Assembly (NCBI GenBank): GCA_963804915.1
Contig: CAWDSI010000005.1
Span: forward strand, 46,271 to 110,270
Reading direction: 5' to 3'
DNA: 64,000 nt
Source: an uncultured Acidobacteriota bacterium
GTDB taxonomy: Bacteria; Acidobacteriota; Thermoanaerobaculia; UBA5066; Gp7-AA6
The notes under the pieces are model-generated. The model saw nothing but the letters and a program-made list of their open reading frames with translations, ran no database searches and had not been told where the DNA came from. The translations under genes were made by a program, and so were the position numbers. Positions 20,256-29,382 of the stretch are shown piece by piece. The first letter of the stretch is position 1; every line of letters starts with the position of its first letter.

Positions 20256-22756
20256 CACTCGCTCCGCAGGGCCGTGACGGGATCGACGCGGGTGGCGCGG
20301 CGCGCCGGGATCCAGCAGGCGGCGGCGGAGACGACGAGAAGGATCACGGAGACGACGGCGTACGTCATCGGGTCGCCGGCGCCGACCCCGAACAGCAGGC
20401 TCGAGAGGAGCCTCGAGAGTGCGAGCGCCGCGAGGATGCCGGCCGCGAGGCCGGCGGCGGCGAGCGCGAGACCGCGCTGCAGGACGCGGCGGACGATGTC
20501 GCCCGGAGACGCGCCGAGCGCCATCCGCACGCCGATCTCGCGCGTTCGGGCAGACACCGTCTCGGCCACGAGGCCGTAGATTCCGACGGACGCCAGAAAG
20601 AGCGCGATGGCGGCGAGCAGAGAGAGCAGCGTCGCGCCGAACCGCTCACGGGAGAACGTCCGCGCCGTCCGCATCTCCAGGGTCGTGACATCGAACACCG
20701 GCAGATTCGGAGCGAGGGCCTTGATCTCGCGCCGGACCGCCGGGGCGATGGCCGCCGGATCCCCGGACGTCTTGACGAACAGCGTCGCCCACGGGAGACC
20801 GCCCTGGAGCGTGGGGTAGTAGAGGTCGAGTTTCTGCGGCTCCCCGGGCCGTCCGTAGAGCACGTCGCCCGCGACGCCGACGACTTCGGCCGTCGCGTCG
20901 TCGGCGAAGAAGAACGAGGTCGCCGCGATGCGGCGTCCGATGGGATCCTGGCCCGGCCACAGGCGGCGCGCCGCGGTCTCGTTGATCACGACGACCTTGG
21001 GCGTGCCCTCGCGGTCCTCGGCCGTGAACGCTCGGCCTTTCTTGATCGGAATCGACAGCGTCCGGAAATAGTCCGGGCCCACGTCGTGCAGGCCGATCTG
21101 CGTGGACTCGCTCGGAAATCCTCCGCTCGTGGCCATGCGCCGGTCGTCGACCTGGCGGACGACCGCGACCATGTTGCGCGACGAGAGCGGCGAGGTCCGG
21201 CCGGTGGCTGCGCTGGTGACACCGGGCAGCGTCTTCAGGCGCTCGAGGAGCGTCCGGCGAAAGACGATGGCCCGGGCGCGGTCGTCGTCGCTGACGCCCG
21301 AGGGATCGAAGCGAAGGGTCAGCACGCCCGTCGGATCGAAGCCGGCCTGGAATCCCGAGAGGCGGGCGAGGCTCCGCGTCAACAGGCCGGCGCCCACCAG
21401 GAGGACCAGGGCCAGGGCGATCTGCACCGGCACGAGCAGGCCGCGCGCGGACAGACGCCGACTCCCGCCGTCGCCGGTCACGGCTCCGGCGCCGCCCTCC
21501 TTGAGGGCCGCCGAGAGATCGTTCCGCGACGCGTGGAGCGCGGGCGCCATGCCGAAGAGCAGCCCGGTCACGAGCGAAATGCCCAGCGCGAAGAACAGGA
21601 CGCGCGCATCGAGCACGATCGCCGAGAAGCGGAACAGAAAGGACGGATCGCCGACGTCCGACAGCCGTTCGAGGCGCGAGAGCGATTCGACGCCCCAGAG
21701 AGAGAAGAGGACGCCCGCGACGCCGCCGGCCAGGGAAAGCACGAGGCTTTCGGTCAGGAGCTGGCGCACGATCCGCCGCCGCGCCGCCCCGATGGCCACG
21801 CGGATCGCGACTTCGCGTCCGCGCGCGGAAGCGCGGGCCAACAGGAGCGCGGCCACGTTGGCGCAAGCGATCAGGAGGACGAAGGTGACGGCCCCGAAGA
21901 GGACGAGCACGGAGCGGCGGAGGGCCGGATCGACCCGGCTGTCGTTGAGCGGAGCGGTCGAGGCGCTCCACACCGCGCCGCTGACCTCCATCGGGTGTTC
22001 CTGCGCGATCTGCGTCCCCACGAGCTTCATTTCGGCCGCGGCCGCGCCGGGGGAGACGCCCCGTTTGAGACGGGCGACGACGTTGTGCCAGTGGTTGCCG
22101 TCCTCTTTCAGGATGTCGGGATAGAGGAAGACGTCCGCCATCGACATCGGGACCCAGATCTCGGCGTCACCGGCGAGCCCCGCGAAGCGCGGGGGCGCGA
22201 TGCCGACGACCGTCAGGGGCACGCGGTTGATTTCGATCTTCTTGCCGACGATGGACTTTTCTCCGCCGAAACGGCGGCGCCAGAGGCCGTCCGAGATCAC
22301 CGCCACGGGATGGGCGCCCGGAGCCCCGTCCTCGTCGGCCAGGAACGTCCGTCCCGCGGACGCGCCGACGCCGAGAAGCGGGAAGTAGGACGCCGACACG
22401 ATCTCGGCGACGAGCCTCTCCGGCTCCGCGACGCCGGTGAGGTTGAGGTCGAGGCGGGAGTGTCCGGCCACGGACTCGAAGGAACGCGCGTGCTTGCGCA
22501 GACTCTCGAACTTCGGCGAGGACCACGGGAAGGTCTCGGCCGTCCCGCCCTTCTCCTCGTGCGTGATCGATACGGTCATGAGCGCGTCCGGCTCCCGGTA
22601 GGGGAGCGGGCGCAGGACCGCCGCATCGAGGATCGAGAAAATCGTCGTGACCGTGCCGATCCCGAGCCCGAGCGTCAGGATCGCGACGGCGGCGAAGCCC
22701 GGGTTGCGGAGCAGCCACCGAAGCGCGTAGCGGGCGTCCTGCAATAGAGCGCCCAT
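20255..22756 (-). CDS. ADOP-family duplicated ABC permease, 833 aa
   Basis: MGALLQDARYALRWLLRNPGF starting at 22756 (TGATG overlap with the ATPase stop); C-terminal RATRVDPVTALRSE. Confidence 0.95.
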   Translation of the reverse strand: MGALLQDARYALRWLLRNPGFAAVAILTLGLGIGTVTTIFSILDAAVLRPLPYREPDALMTVSITHEEKGGTAETFPWSSPKFESLRKHARSFESVAGHSRLDLNLTGVAEPERLVAEIVSASYFPLLGVGASAGRTFLADEDGAPGAHPVAVISDGLWRRRFGGEKSIVGKKIEINRVPLTVVGIAPPRFAGLAGDAEIWVPMSMADVFLYPDILKEDGNHWHNVVARLKRGVSPGAAAAEMKLVGTQIAQEHPMEVSGAVWSASTAPLNDSRVDPALRRSVLVLFGAVTFVLLIACANVAALLLARASARGREVAIRVAIGAARRRIVRQLLTESLVLSLAGGVAGVLFSLWGVESLSRLERLSDVGDPSFLFRFSAIVLDARVLFFALGISLVTGLLFGMAPALHASRNDLSAALKEGGAGAVTGDGGSRRLSARGLLVPVQIALALVLLVGAGLLTRSLARLSGFQAGFDPTGVLTLRFDPSGVSDDDRARAIVFRRTLLERLKTLPGVTSAATGRTSPLSSRNMVAVVRQVDDRRMATSGGFPSESTQIGLHDVGPDYFRTLSIPIKKGRAFTAEDREGTPKVVVINETAARRLWPGQDPIGRRIAATSFFFADDATAEVVGVAGDVLYGRPGEPQKLDLYYPTLQGGLPWATLFVKTSGDPAAIAPAVRREIKALAPNLPVFDVTTLEMRTARTFSRERFGATLLSLLAAIALFLASVGIYGLVAETVSARTREIGVRMALGASPGDIVRRVLQRGLALAAAGLAAGILAALALSRLLSSLLFGVGAGDPMTYAVVSVILLVVSAAACWIPARRATRVDPVTALRSE

Positions 22757-23506
22757 CAGCTCACCCGGTAGCCGCTCTCCTTCAGCTCCTCCTCCGAGTG
22801 GGCGCGCTCTTCGCCCCTCTCTTCTTCGACCACGCGGCCGTCGAAGAGATGGATGGTCCGGCCCGCGTGCTTGGCGAAGCGCGGGTCGTGGGTGACCATG
22901 CAGATCGTCGCTCCGGCGCGGTGGAGGTCCTGGAGGAGGTTCATGACGGCATCGCCGTTGACGGAGTCGAGGTTTCCCGTCGGCTCGTCGGCGAGCAGGA
23001 TCAAAGGCGAGCCGGCGATGGCGCGGGCCACGGCCACGCGCTGCTGCTGGCCTCCCGAGAGCTGCGAGGGGAAGTGCTTCATCCGGTGCGCCATCCCGAC
23101 CTTCTCGAGCGACTCCTGCACGCGCTTCTTGCGCTCGTGCGAGGGCATGCCGCGGTAGGTCAGCGGCAGCTCGACGTTCTCGTAGACCGAGAGGTCGCCG
23201 ATCAGGTTGAACGACTGGAAGATGAAGCCGATCTCCCGGTTGCGGATGCGCGCTCTCTCCGAGAGCGTCAGCGCCTCGGCCGCCTTGCCGTTCAGCCAGT
23301 ACTTGCCCTCGGTGGGCGAGTCGAGCAGGCCGAGCAGCGAGAGCAGCGTCGACTTGCCGCAACCGGACGGCCCCGCGATCGACACGTACTCGCCGTGCGC
23401 GATCTCCAGGTGCACGCCCGACGAGGGCATGCGTTTCGACTTCGTCCGTGAAGAAGACCTTCGTGACGCCGTCGAGCTTGATGACCGGATGTCCGTTCGA
23501 GCTCAT
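22756..23506 (-). CDS. ABC transporter ATP-binding protein (MacB/LolD type), apparent frameshift near 23425
   Basis: MSSNGHPVIKLDGVTKVFFTDEVETHAL joined to SGVHLEI...[31 protein letters not shown]. Confidence 0.93.
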
Positions 23507-23534
23507 GCGGTTTTCTCCCATCCCCTTAAAAAAA

Positions 23535-24800
23535 TCACTTCAAGCGCACGCGGTCGTGCGCATCCCACGCGCTCATGTCCGAGAGGATCACGCGATCCCC
23601 CGGCTTCAGTCCTTCGACGATTTCCACCGTGTTGACCGAGCTCTTGCCGAGCTTGACCTTGACGCGGGTGGCCTCGTCGCCGTCCTCGTTGACGAGGAAG
23701 AGACCCACGAGGCTCTTCTCCTGTCCGAACGCGGGCCGGCCGACGTACAGGGCGTCCTTGAGACGGTCGAGCTCGATCGTTCCATCCACCGAGAGATCCG
23801 GGCGCGCTCCCTGCGGCAGCTCGCCCTCGAGGGCCACGTCCACGGTGACGGTCCCGTTCTGCGACGAGGGATCGACGCGGGAGACCTTGCCGGGCACGAT
23901 GCCGTTGCGGGTGTCGACGGACGCCGGCTGGCCGATCGCGATGTCCTTGGCCTGCGTCTCGGCGATCTTGAGCTGGGCCTTGAGCTTGTTCGGCTGGACG
24001 ACTTTCGCGAGCATGGTTCCGGGCTGCGTGAGCTGGCCGACCTGCACCGGGACCTCCTGGAGAACGCCCGGGATGGTCGCGCGGACCTTGAGCGCGTCCA
24101 TCTGGGAGTGCATCAGCTCGGCCTGCACCTTGAGCTGCTGGAAGTGCGCCTCGGCCGCCTCGAGCTGGGCCTTCGCGGAGTCCTCGGCGATCGCGAGGCG
24201 CTCCTTCTCGAGGGCGTTGCGGGTCTTGAGCTCTTCGGCGCGGACCTCCGAGAGCTTGAGGACGAGCGACGCGACGATGCCCTCCTTGTGGAGGCCTTCG
24301 TTGGTCTCCGCCTGCAGCTGGGCCTGGTGGAAGTCGGACTCGACCGTCGCGGCCCGCGCCTTCTGGTCCAGCATGTCGCGCTTCACCTGGACGCGCGAGT
24401 TCATGAGCTCCGCCTGGCCGGCCTTCATGGCCTGCTCGGCGTCGGTCGCGTCGCGTTGGAGCTCTGGGTTCGACATCTCGAGAATCACCGTGTCCGGCTG
24501 CACGAGCGCGCCGGGTTCGACAAGGAGACGCTCGACGCGGCCTTCGGTTGCGGCGGAAAGTACGCGGATCCCGGAAGACTCGACGACCAGCGCTCCCGGG
24601 CCACGGACCTGGCGCACCATGGGACCGCGCTTGACCGTGTCCATCCAGATGGTCGACTTCTCGACCGTGGGCGCCGCCGGCTTGAGCTTCGAGAGCCCGA
24701 GCGTGATGAGGAGAATCGCCCCGGCCGCCGCGGCCGCCATGACGATCCGCTTCTTGCGTTTCTTTTCGGAAAGGTCCTCTCGGATGATGTCCACGGTCAT
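23535..24800 (-). CDS. Periplasmic adaptor / membrane fusion protein (MacA/HlyD type); start may be GTG at 24794
   Basis: Basic N-terminus plus one TM, lipoyl-like halves (GRVERLLVEPG; VRATIPGVLQEV), coiled coil, C-terminal GLKPGDRVILSD. Confidence 0.92.
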   Translation of the reverse strand: MTVDIIREDLSEKKRKKRIVMAAAAAGAILLITLGLSKLKPAAPTVEKSTIWMDTVKRGPMVRQVRGPGALVVESSGIRVLSAATEGRVERLLVEPGALVQPDTVILEMSNPELQRDATDAEQAMKAGQAELMNSRVQVKRDMLDQKARAATVESDFHQAQLQAETNEGLHKEGIVASLVLKLSEVRAEELKTRNALEKERLAIAEDSAKAQLEAAEAHFQQLKVQAELMHSQMDALKVRATIPGVLQEVPVQVGQLTQPGTMLAKVVQPNKLKAQLKIAETQAKDIAIGQPASVDTRNGIVPGKVSRVDPSSQNGTVTVDVALEGELPQGARPDLSVDGTIELDRLKDALYVGRPAFGQEKSLVGLFLVNEDGDEATRVKVKLGKSSVNTVEIVEGLKPGDRVILSDMSAWDAHDRVRLK

Positions 24801-24808
24801 GGCTCAAG

Positions 24809-24823
24809 GCGAGAACCGTGCCA
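24809..24823 (-). promoter_or_regulatory. Putative sigma54 (-24/-12) promoter
   Basis: Minus strand reads TGGCACGGTTCTCGC, matching TGGCAC-N5-TTGC with one mismatch and exact GG-N10-GC spacing. Confidence 0.7.
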
Positions 24824-24905
24824 GGGGTGGGCCACTGTAAGTGTCTTGAAACAAAGGCCTTCGTGTCGACGCATCGTGCCCTTTTGACCGGCTGCGGGAT
24901 GCGGG

Positions 24906-24921
24906 TGTCCGATTCCGGACG
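24906..24921. promoter_or_regulatory. Palindromic putative enhancer-binding-protein site
   Basis: GTCCG-ATTC-CGGAC inverted repeat about 85-100 bp upstream of the sigma54-like motif. Confidence 0.5.
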
Positions 24922-24945
24922 GCCGCCCGGCTTCCGTTCAGCCGC

Positions 24946-26011
24946 TCAGCTGCGGCCGTGAATCTTCATCGAGACCAGATCGTCGACCGAGACGTTCTTG
25001 AAGCGCGCCTTCATCTTCTTCACGTAGTCGAGAGACACGTCGTGGATGCACATCGAGACGAGCTCGTCGGCGGATACGTCGCGGTAGCCGAGCTCCTGGA
25101 GGCCCCGGATGAACTCGGGCGTGACGTCGTGGATTTTCATCGAGACGAGCTCGTCCGGCGTGAGGTCGGAATACCCCAGCGTCTTCAGCTCGCGCACGTA
25201 CTCCGGGGTCGCTTCGTGGATGCTCATGGACACGAGCTCGTCGGGGGCCAGGCTCGTGTATCCGAGGGCCTTGAGCTCGCGGATCACCGCGGGCGTGACG
25301 TCGTGGATGCGCATCGACACCAGCTCATCCGCCGGAAGACGGTCGTACCCCAGCGCCTTGAGCTCCCGGATGAATGCGGGCGTGGCGTCGTGGATGCTCA
25401 TCGAGACCAGGTCGTCCGGCGAGAGTCCCGTGTATCCGAGGGCCTTGAGCTCCCGGATGAACTCGGGCCCGGCGTCATGGATGCGCATCGAGATCATGTC
25501 GTCCAGCGGAACGCGCTTGTAGCCGAGCTCCTCGAGCTCGCGGATGAACTTGCGGCTGACGTCCTGGACGGCGAGCGAAAAGACCTCGTCCGCGTCGGGT
25601 GTCCCGTAGCCCATGGACTTGAGCGCGGCGAGGTACTCGGGGTTCGGCGTGAACGTGAAACGGCCCGAGCCGCCGGCCTGATCGAGCTGACCTTCGAAGG
25701 CGATCGTCCCGGCGTCGCGCACCATCTGGAACGAGGCGGGAACGTCGGCGGCGCCGGACGGCCGGGCGAGACCCTGGAAGTCTTTGACGTGGTAGCTGTT
25801 CGAGCTCGACCAGTTCCAGTGGCCGCGGCCTTCGGTCCGGCGCTTGAGCGTGAGCTCCATCGAGCCGTCGGCGTTGAAGTCGATCAGCCAGCGGCCCGCG
25901 GTGCCGGGCGCCTGTTCCGTTGCCGTTGCCGGCGAGCAGAAGCGCGGGCGAGAGCAGGAGCAGGGCCGCCAGGATGCGGCGAATCGTCGGGATGCGGGCA
26001 GGCGTGGTCAT
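24946..26011 (-). CDS. Exported protein with eight 29-aa His-containing tandem repeats; apparent frameshift at ~25910-25933
   Basis: Signal-peptide-like MTTPARIPTIRRILAALLLLSPALLLA in ORF 25475..26011; body in 24946..25860 with repeats DELVSMxIHDxTPxFIRELKxLGY. Confidence 0.85.
24955..25610 (-). repeat. 87-bp (29-aa) coding tandem repeat, ~8 copies
   Basis: SMxIH motif recurs about every 29 aa; identical 18-mer tccgagggccttgagctc at 25261 and 25435 (174 bp apart). Confidence 0.9.
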
Positions 26012-27691
26012 GGATTCTCCTTCTCGTCTTCCTTCCCGAAGATGCGGGTTTCGATGACGTCGTCGGCCGAGAGGCGGCCGCCGGCGCTCTCGTTGATGGA
26101 GCGGATGTAGGCGGGCGTGACCCCGTGGACGCGGAAGGCGACCAGCGCGTCGGCGTCGATGTCCTTGTAGCCGAGAGTCTGGATCTCCTTGACGTACTGC
26201 GGCGTGACGCCGTGGATCCGAAACGCCACCGCGTCATCGGCCGAGAGGTCGCTGAGTCCGAGGCCCCGCAGCTCGCGGACGAGCCCCGGAGTGACGCCGT
26301 GAATCTTGAAGGCCACGCAGTCCTCGAGCGACACAGTTCCGAAGAGCTCCTTCATCTGGCGGATCTCGTCGGTCGAGACGTCGTGCACGCGCAGCGCGAT
26401 CAGGTCGTCCGCCGAGAGCTTCGTGAAGCCGAGCGCCTCGATCGCGTCGATGAACTCGGGGGTGACGCCGTGGATGCGGAAGGCCACGAGCTGATCGGGC
26501 GTGAGGAGTCCCTGGGGCCGGACCTTTCCGGACGTGCCCGCGGCCTTCGGCCGCGGCGCCGGCTGCGGAGTCAGCGCGGCGCGCGGAGTCGGGGCGGGCG
26601 CCGGCGCTGCCTGGACGGACGCCGTCGCGACGTGGACCGGAGCGACGACGCCGGATCCGGCGCTCGCCGCGAGGGCTCCGCCCAGCGCCACGATCGCGGC
26701 GACCGGTCGAGCCGTCGTGCGAGGCTCATTTCTCGCCGTGTCGGAGGGAAGGAGGCGCGCGATGCGCTGGCGAAGCCGGCCGTCGCCGTAAAGTGCGACG
26801 GCGAGCTTCGGGGCGACGGAGGCGGCGACGGCGGGGCGCCGCTCTTCCAGAGCCACGAGCGCCCGCGCATACCGGCTGCGCGTCGCCGGTGGCCTCGACC
26901 GCCAGATCGTCGCACGCGTTCTCCCGCTCGATGCGGATGCGGTGAGAGACCCACCAGACCGCAGGATGGTAGAAGAGGAGCGTCTCGGCCGCGACCTGCA
27001 GCAGGTTGACCAGGAAGTCGCGGCGCCGCACGTGGGCGAGCTCGTGAGCGAGCAGAGCGTCGAGCTGGTCCGGAGTCATCCCGGTCGCGAGGCCCGCCGG
27101 CAGGAGCACGACCGGACGAAGGATCCCGATCGCCGAGGGCACTTCGATGCGCAGCGACTCGAGGAGCGCGACGGGTTTCCGGATCGCGAGCCGGCGCGCG
27201 AGCTCCCGGGCCCGTGTCTCCCAGGCCGCCGGCGCGGGCCGCGTGTCGCGACGCGCGAGCCGGCCGGCCACGACCCAGCCTCCGGCGGCGCGCACCGCGA
27301 GCAGCCCGACGCCCGCGATCCAGCCGAGCACGATCCAGGGCGCGAAGCGCGCCAGCGCGTCGGAGGATTCGGCGAACGGGGAAGGCATCTCCGCCTGCCG
27401 CGAGCCCGCGTCCGACCTGCCCGGCTCGAACCGGGCGAAAGACGGTTCGGGGACAGCCCCCGGCCGCGGCCGGTTCGCGAGGACGCGTGCGGTCATCAGA
27501 GGCATCGCGAGCATGAGGAGGAGGGCCGCGCAGGCGGCCGTGTAGCGCGCCCGCGCGCTCGATCGGGCCAGCAGGGAATTGACCGCCGCGAGAAGCGCCG
27601 CGACGAGAGCGCCCTGCCACACGAAGTGGAGGAGCGACAGCGCGAGCGTCAGGGCCTGCGGACGCGCGATCCCGTCGAAGACAGCCGTCAT
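26008..27691 (-). CDS. M56-family (BlaR1/MecR1-like) membrane metalloprotease with C-terminal 29-aa repeats; apparent frameshift near 26875
   Basis: LLHFVWQG, HELAHVRRRD zinc motif, FYHPAVWW, ERENACDD; then YARALVALEE, hydrophobic segment, Pro/Ala linker and 5-6 AFRIHGVTP repeats. Confidence 0.9.
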
Positions 27692-28122
27692 GACCGATTC
27701 CCCCTTTCCTTTTCCATGTCGTCTTCCATGTCGTCCAGAAGTCGCCGGATGTTCGCGATTTCCTCGGGAGAAGCGCGCCGCGAGGAGAGGGCCTGCTGCA
27801 CCAGGCGGGCCGCCGAACCGGCGAACGCGCGGTCCAGAAGATCCGCGACGAGCCGACGCTGAGTGCGCTCGGCGGGAGCGGAGGCCGCGTAGACATGGGC
27901 CCGCTCGGTCTCGTCGCGCCGGACGAGACCCTTCTCGGCCATGATCTGGAGCACCTTCAGGACCGTCGTGTAGCCCACGGGCCGGGACCCGGCCATGGCT
28001 TCGTGGACGGCGCGCACGGTCGAAGGTCCCTGTTTCCAGAGAATTCCGAGGATTTCGAGCTCGGCCTCGGTCGGACGGGGAGGCGGTGCGGCTGCGGGTC
28101 CGGATGCGGATCGTCGGGCCAT
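27688..28122 (-). CDS. BlaI/MecI/CopY-family transcriptional repressor
   Basis: PTEAELEILGILW, GPSTVRAVH, YTTVLKVLQIMAEKGLV, RAHVY; stop overlaps the M56 start. Confidence 0.95.
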   Translation of the reverse strand: MARRSASGPAAAPPPRPTEAELEILGILWKQGPSTVRAVHEAMAGSRPVGYTTVLKVLQIMAEKGLVRRDETERAHVYAASAPAERTQRRLVADLLDRAFAGSAARLVQQALSSRRASPEEIANIRRLLDDMEDDMEKERGNRS

Positions 28123-28146
28123 CGGTGCGGGTCCTCCACCGGGTAG

Positions 28147-28176
28147 TACGACGAAGTTAGTACGAGGTTCTTCGTA
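28147..28176. promoter_or_regulatory. Tandem BlaI-type operator
   Basis: TACGA-N6-TAGTA (28147-28162) overlapping a perfect TACGA-N6-TCGTA (28161-28176), 25-55 bp upstream of the repressor start. Confidence 0.7.
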
Positions 28177-28213
28177 TTTCGAGGATTCGACCTCGGCCGG
28201 GCCGCGGAGGGCT

Positions 28214-29266
28214 CTAGGCGGGCGTGCGCTCGGGTGCCTGCGGTGCGGACCAGCGAAGCGATTCGTCGAGCCGTCCCGAAGCGAGGAGTCCGCGGAGGCT
28301 GTCGATCCTCCGATACTTCGGTCCCTCGAAGTCTTCGAGTTTCAGGTCACTCTTCCGATAGGCCTCGTAGAGCTCGCGGGCGCCGTCCCGCACCGTCCAC
28401 TTCGGACGGAAGGCCGGAACCTGCCGTGCGATCTTCTCGAAGCTGACGCGGTAGGAGCGGGTGTCGGGACCGGCGCCTTCGGCAAATTCGATCTCGCAAT
28501 TCGGGACCGTCTCTCCGACGATCTCGGCGATCTGGCGGATCTGGAAGTTCTCGTCGGTGCGGCCGACGTTGAAGACCTCGGCGTGCACGGCCTCGCGCGG
28601 CGCCTCGAGGACCGCGAGAAACGCCCGCGAGATGTCCTCGATGTGGACGAGCGGACGCCAGGGGGTGCCGTCGCTCTTGAGATGGATGCGGCCTGTGGTC
28701 ACGGCCCAGGCCGCCAGGTTGTTGAGAACGATGTCGAAGCGGTGCCGGGGGGACACGCCGTATGCCGTGGTCGGACGCAGGAACGTCGGACTGAACGCCG
28801 CATCGGCGAGCGCGGAGATGTCGTCCTCCGCGCGCACCTTCGAAACGCCATAAGGCGTCACGGGGTTCAGCGGCGACGTCTCGTCGACCATGGCACCTCC
28901 CGCGGCGCCGTAGTTGCTGCAGGAGGAGGAGAACAGGAAGCGCGGAACGCCCGCCGTCTTTGCGACGCGGGCCAGATGCACGGACCCGCGGTGATTGATC
29001 GCATGGGTCACTTCCGGGTTGAGGTCGCCGAGAGGATCGTTCGAGAGGGCGGCCAGGTGGACGACGGCGTCGAAGCCTTCGAGGTCTGCCGGGGTCGCTT
29101 CGCGCAGATCGCGGCGAATCGTCGGGATCTCCGGAACCGACCCGACGAAGGTGCAGGCCGCGTAGAAATCGGTGTCGAGCCCGACCACATCGTGGCCCGC
29201 AGCCGAGAGCATCGGTCCCATGACCGTGCCGATGTAGCCCCGGTTCCCGGTCAGGAGAACGCGCAT
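28214..29266 (-). CDS. NAD-dependent epimerase/dehydratase (extended SDR)
   Basis: [10 protein letters not shown] Rossmann motif, [20 protein letters not shown] catalytic motif. Confidence 0.93.
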   Translation of the reverse strand: MRVLLTGNRGYIGTVMGPMLSAAGHDVVGLDTDFYAACTFVGSVPEIPTIRRDLREATPADLEGFDAVVHLAALSNDPLGDLNPEVTHAINHRGSVHLARVAKTAGVPRFLFSSSCSNYGAAGGAMVDETSPLNPVTPYGVSKVRAEDDISALADAAFSPTFLRPTTAYGVSPRHRFDIVLNNLAAWAVTTGRIHLKSDGTPWRPLVHIEDISRAFLAVLEAPREAVHAEVFNVGRTDENFQIRQIAEIVGETVPNCEIEFAEGAGPDTRSYRVSFEKIARQVPAFRPKWTVRDGARELYEAYRKSDLKLEDFEGPKYRRIDSLRGLLASGRLDESLRWSAPQAPERTPA

Positions 29267-29382
29267 GCGGGCCGAAGAGTAACAGGGCCGAAACCGGTCG
29301 TGAGGGCCTCCTCAGAAAAGATCGCCGGGCTGGTGTCGTTGCGATCCGCCGCGGGCGGAGCCGCGCGGCTGGTCCCCGCGGC

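Noticed and set aside
20255-23521. 1088-aa apparent ATPase-permease fusion
   Set aside because: Produced by the frameshift near 23425; the middle is out-of-frame sequence and the permease has its own ATG at 22756
480-24887. Very long plus-strand ORFs (e.g. 1654, 894, 835, 906 aa) opposite the permease array
   Set aside because: Antisense shadow frames expected in high-GC coding DNA; Arg/Gly-rich, no motifs, and fully overlapping well-supported minus-strand genes
24955-26500. CRISPR array or non-coding tandem repeat
   Set aside because: Repeats are in-frame 87-bp coding units with synonymous variation, no unique spacers and no cas genes
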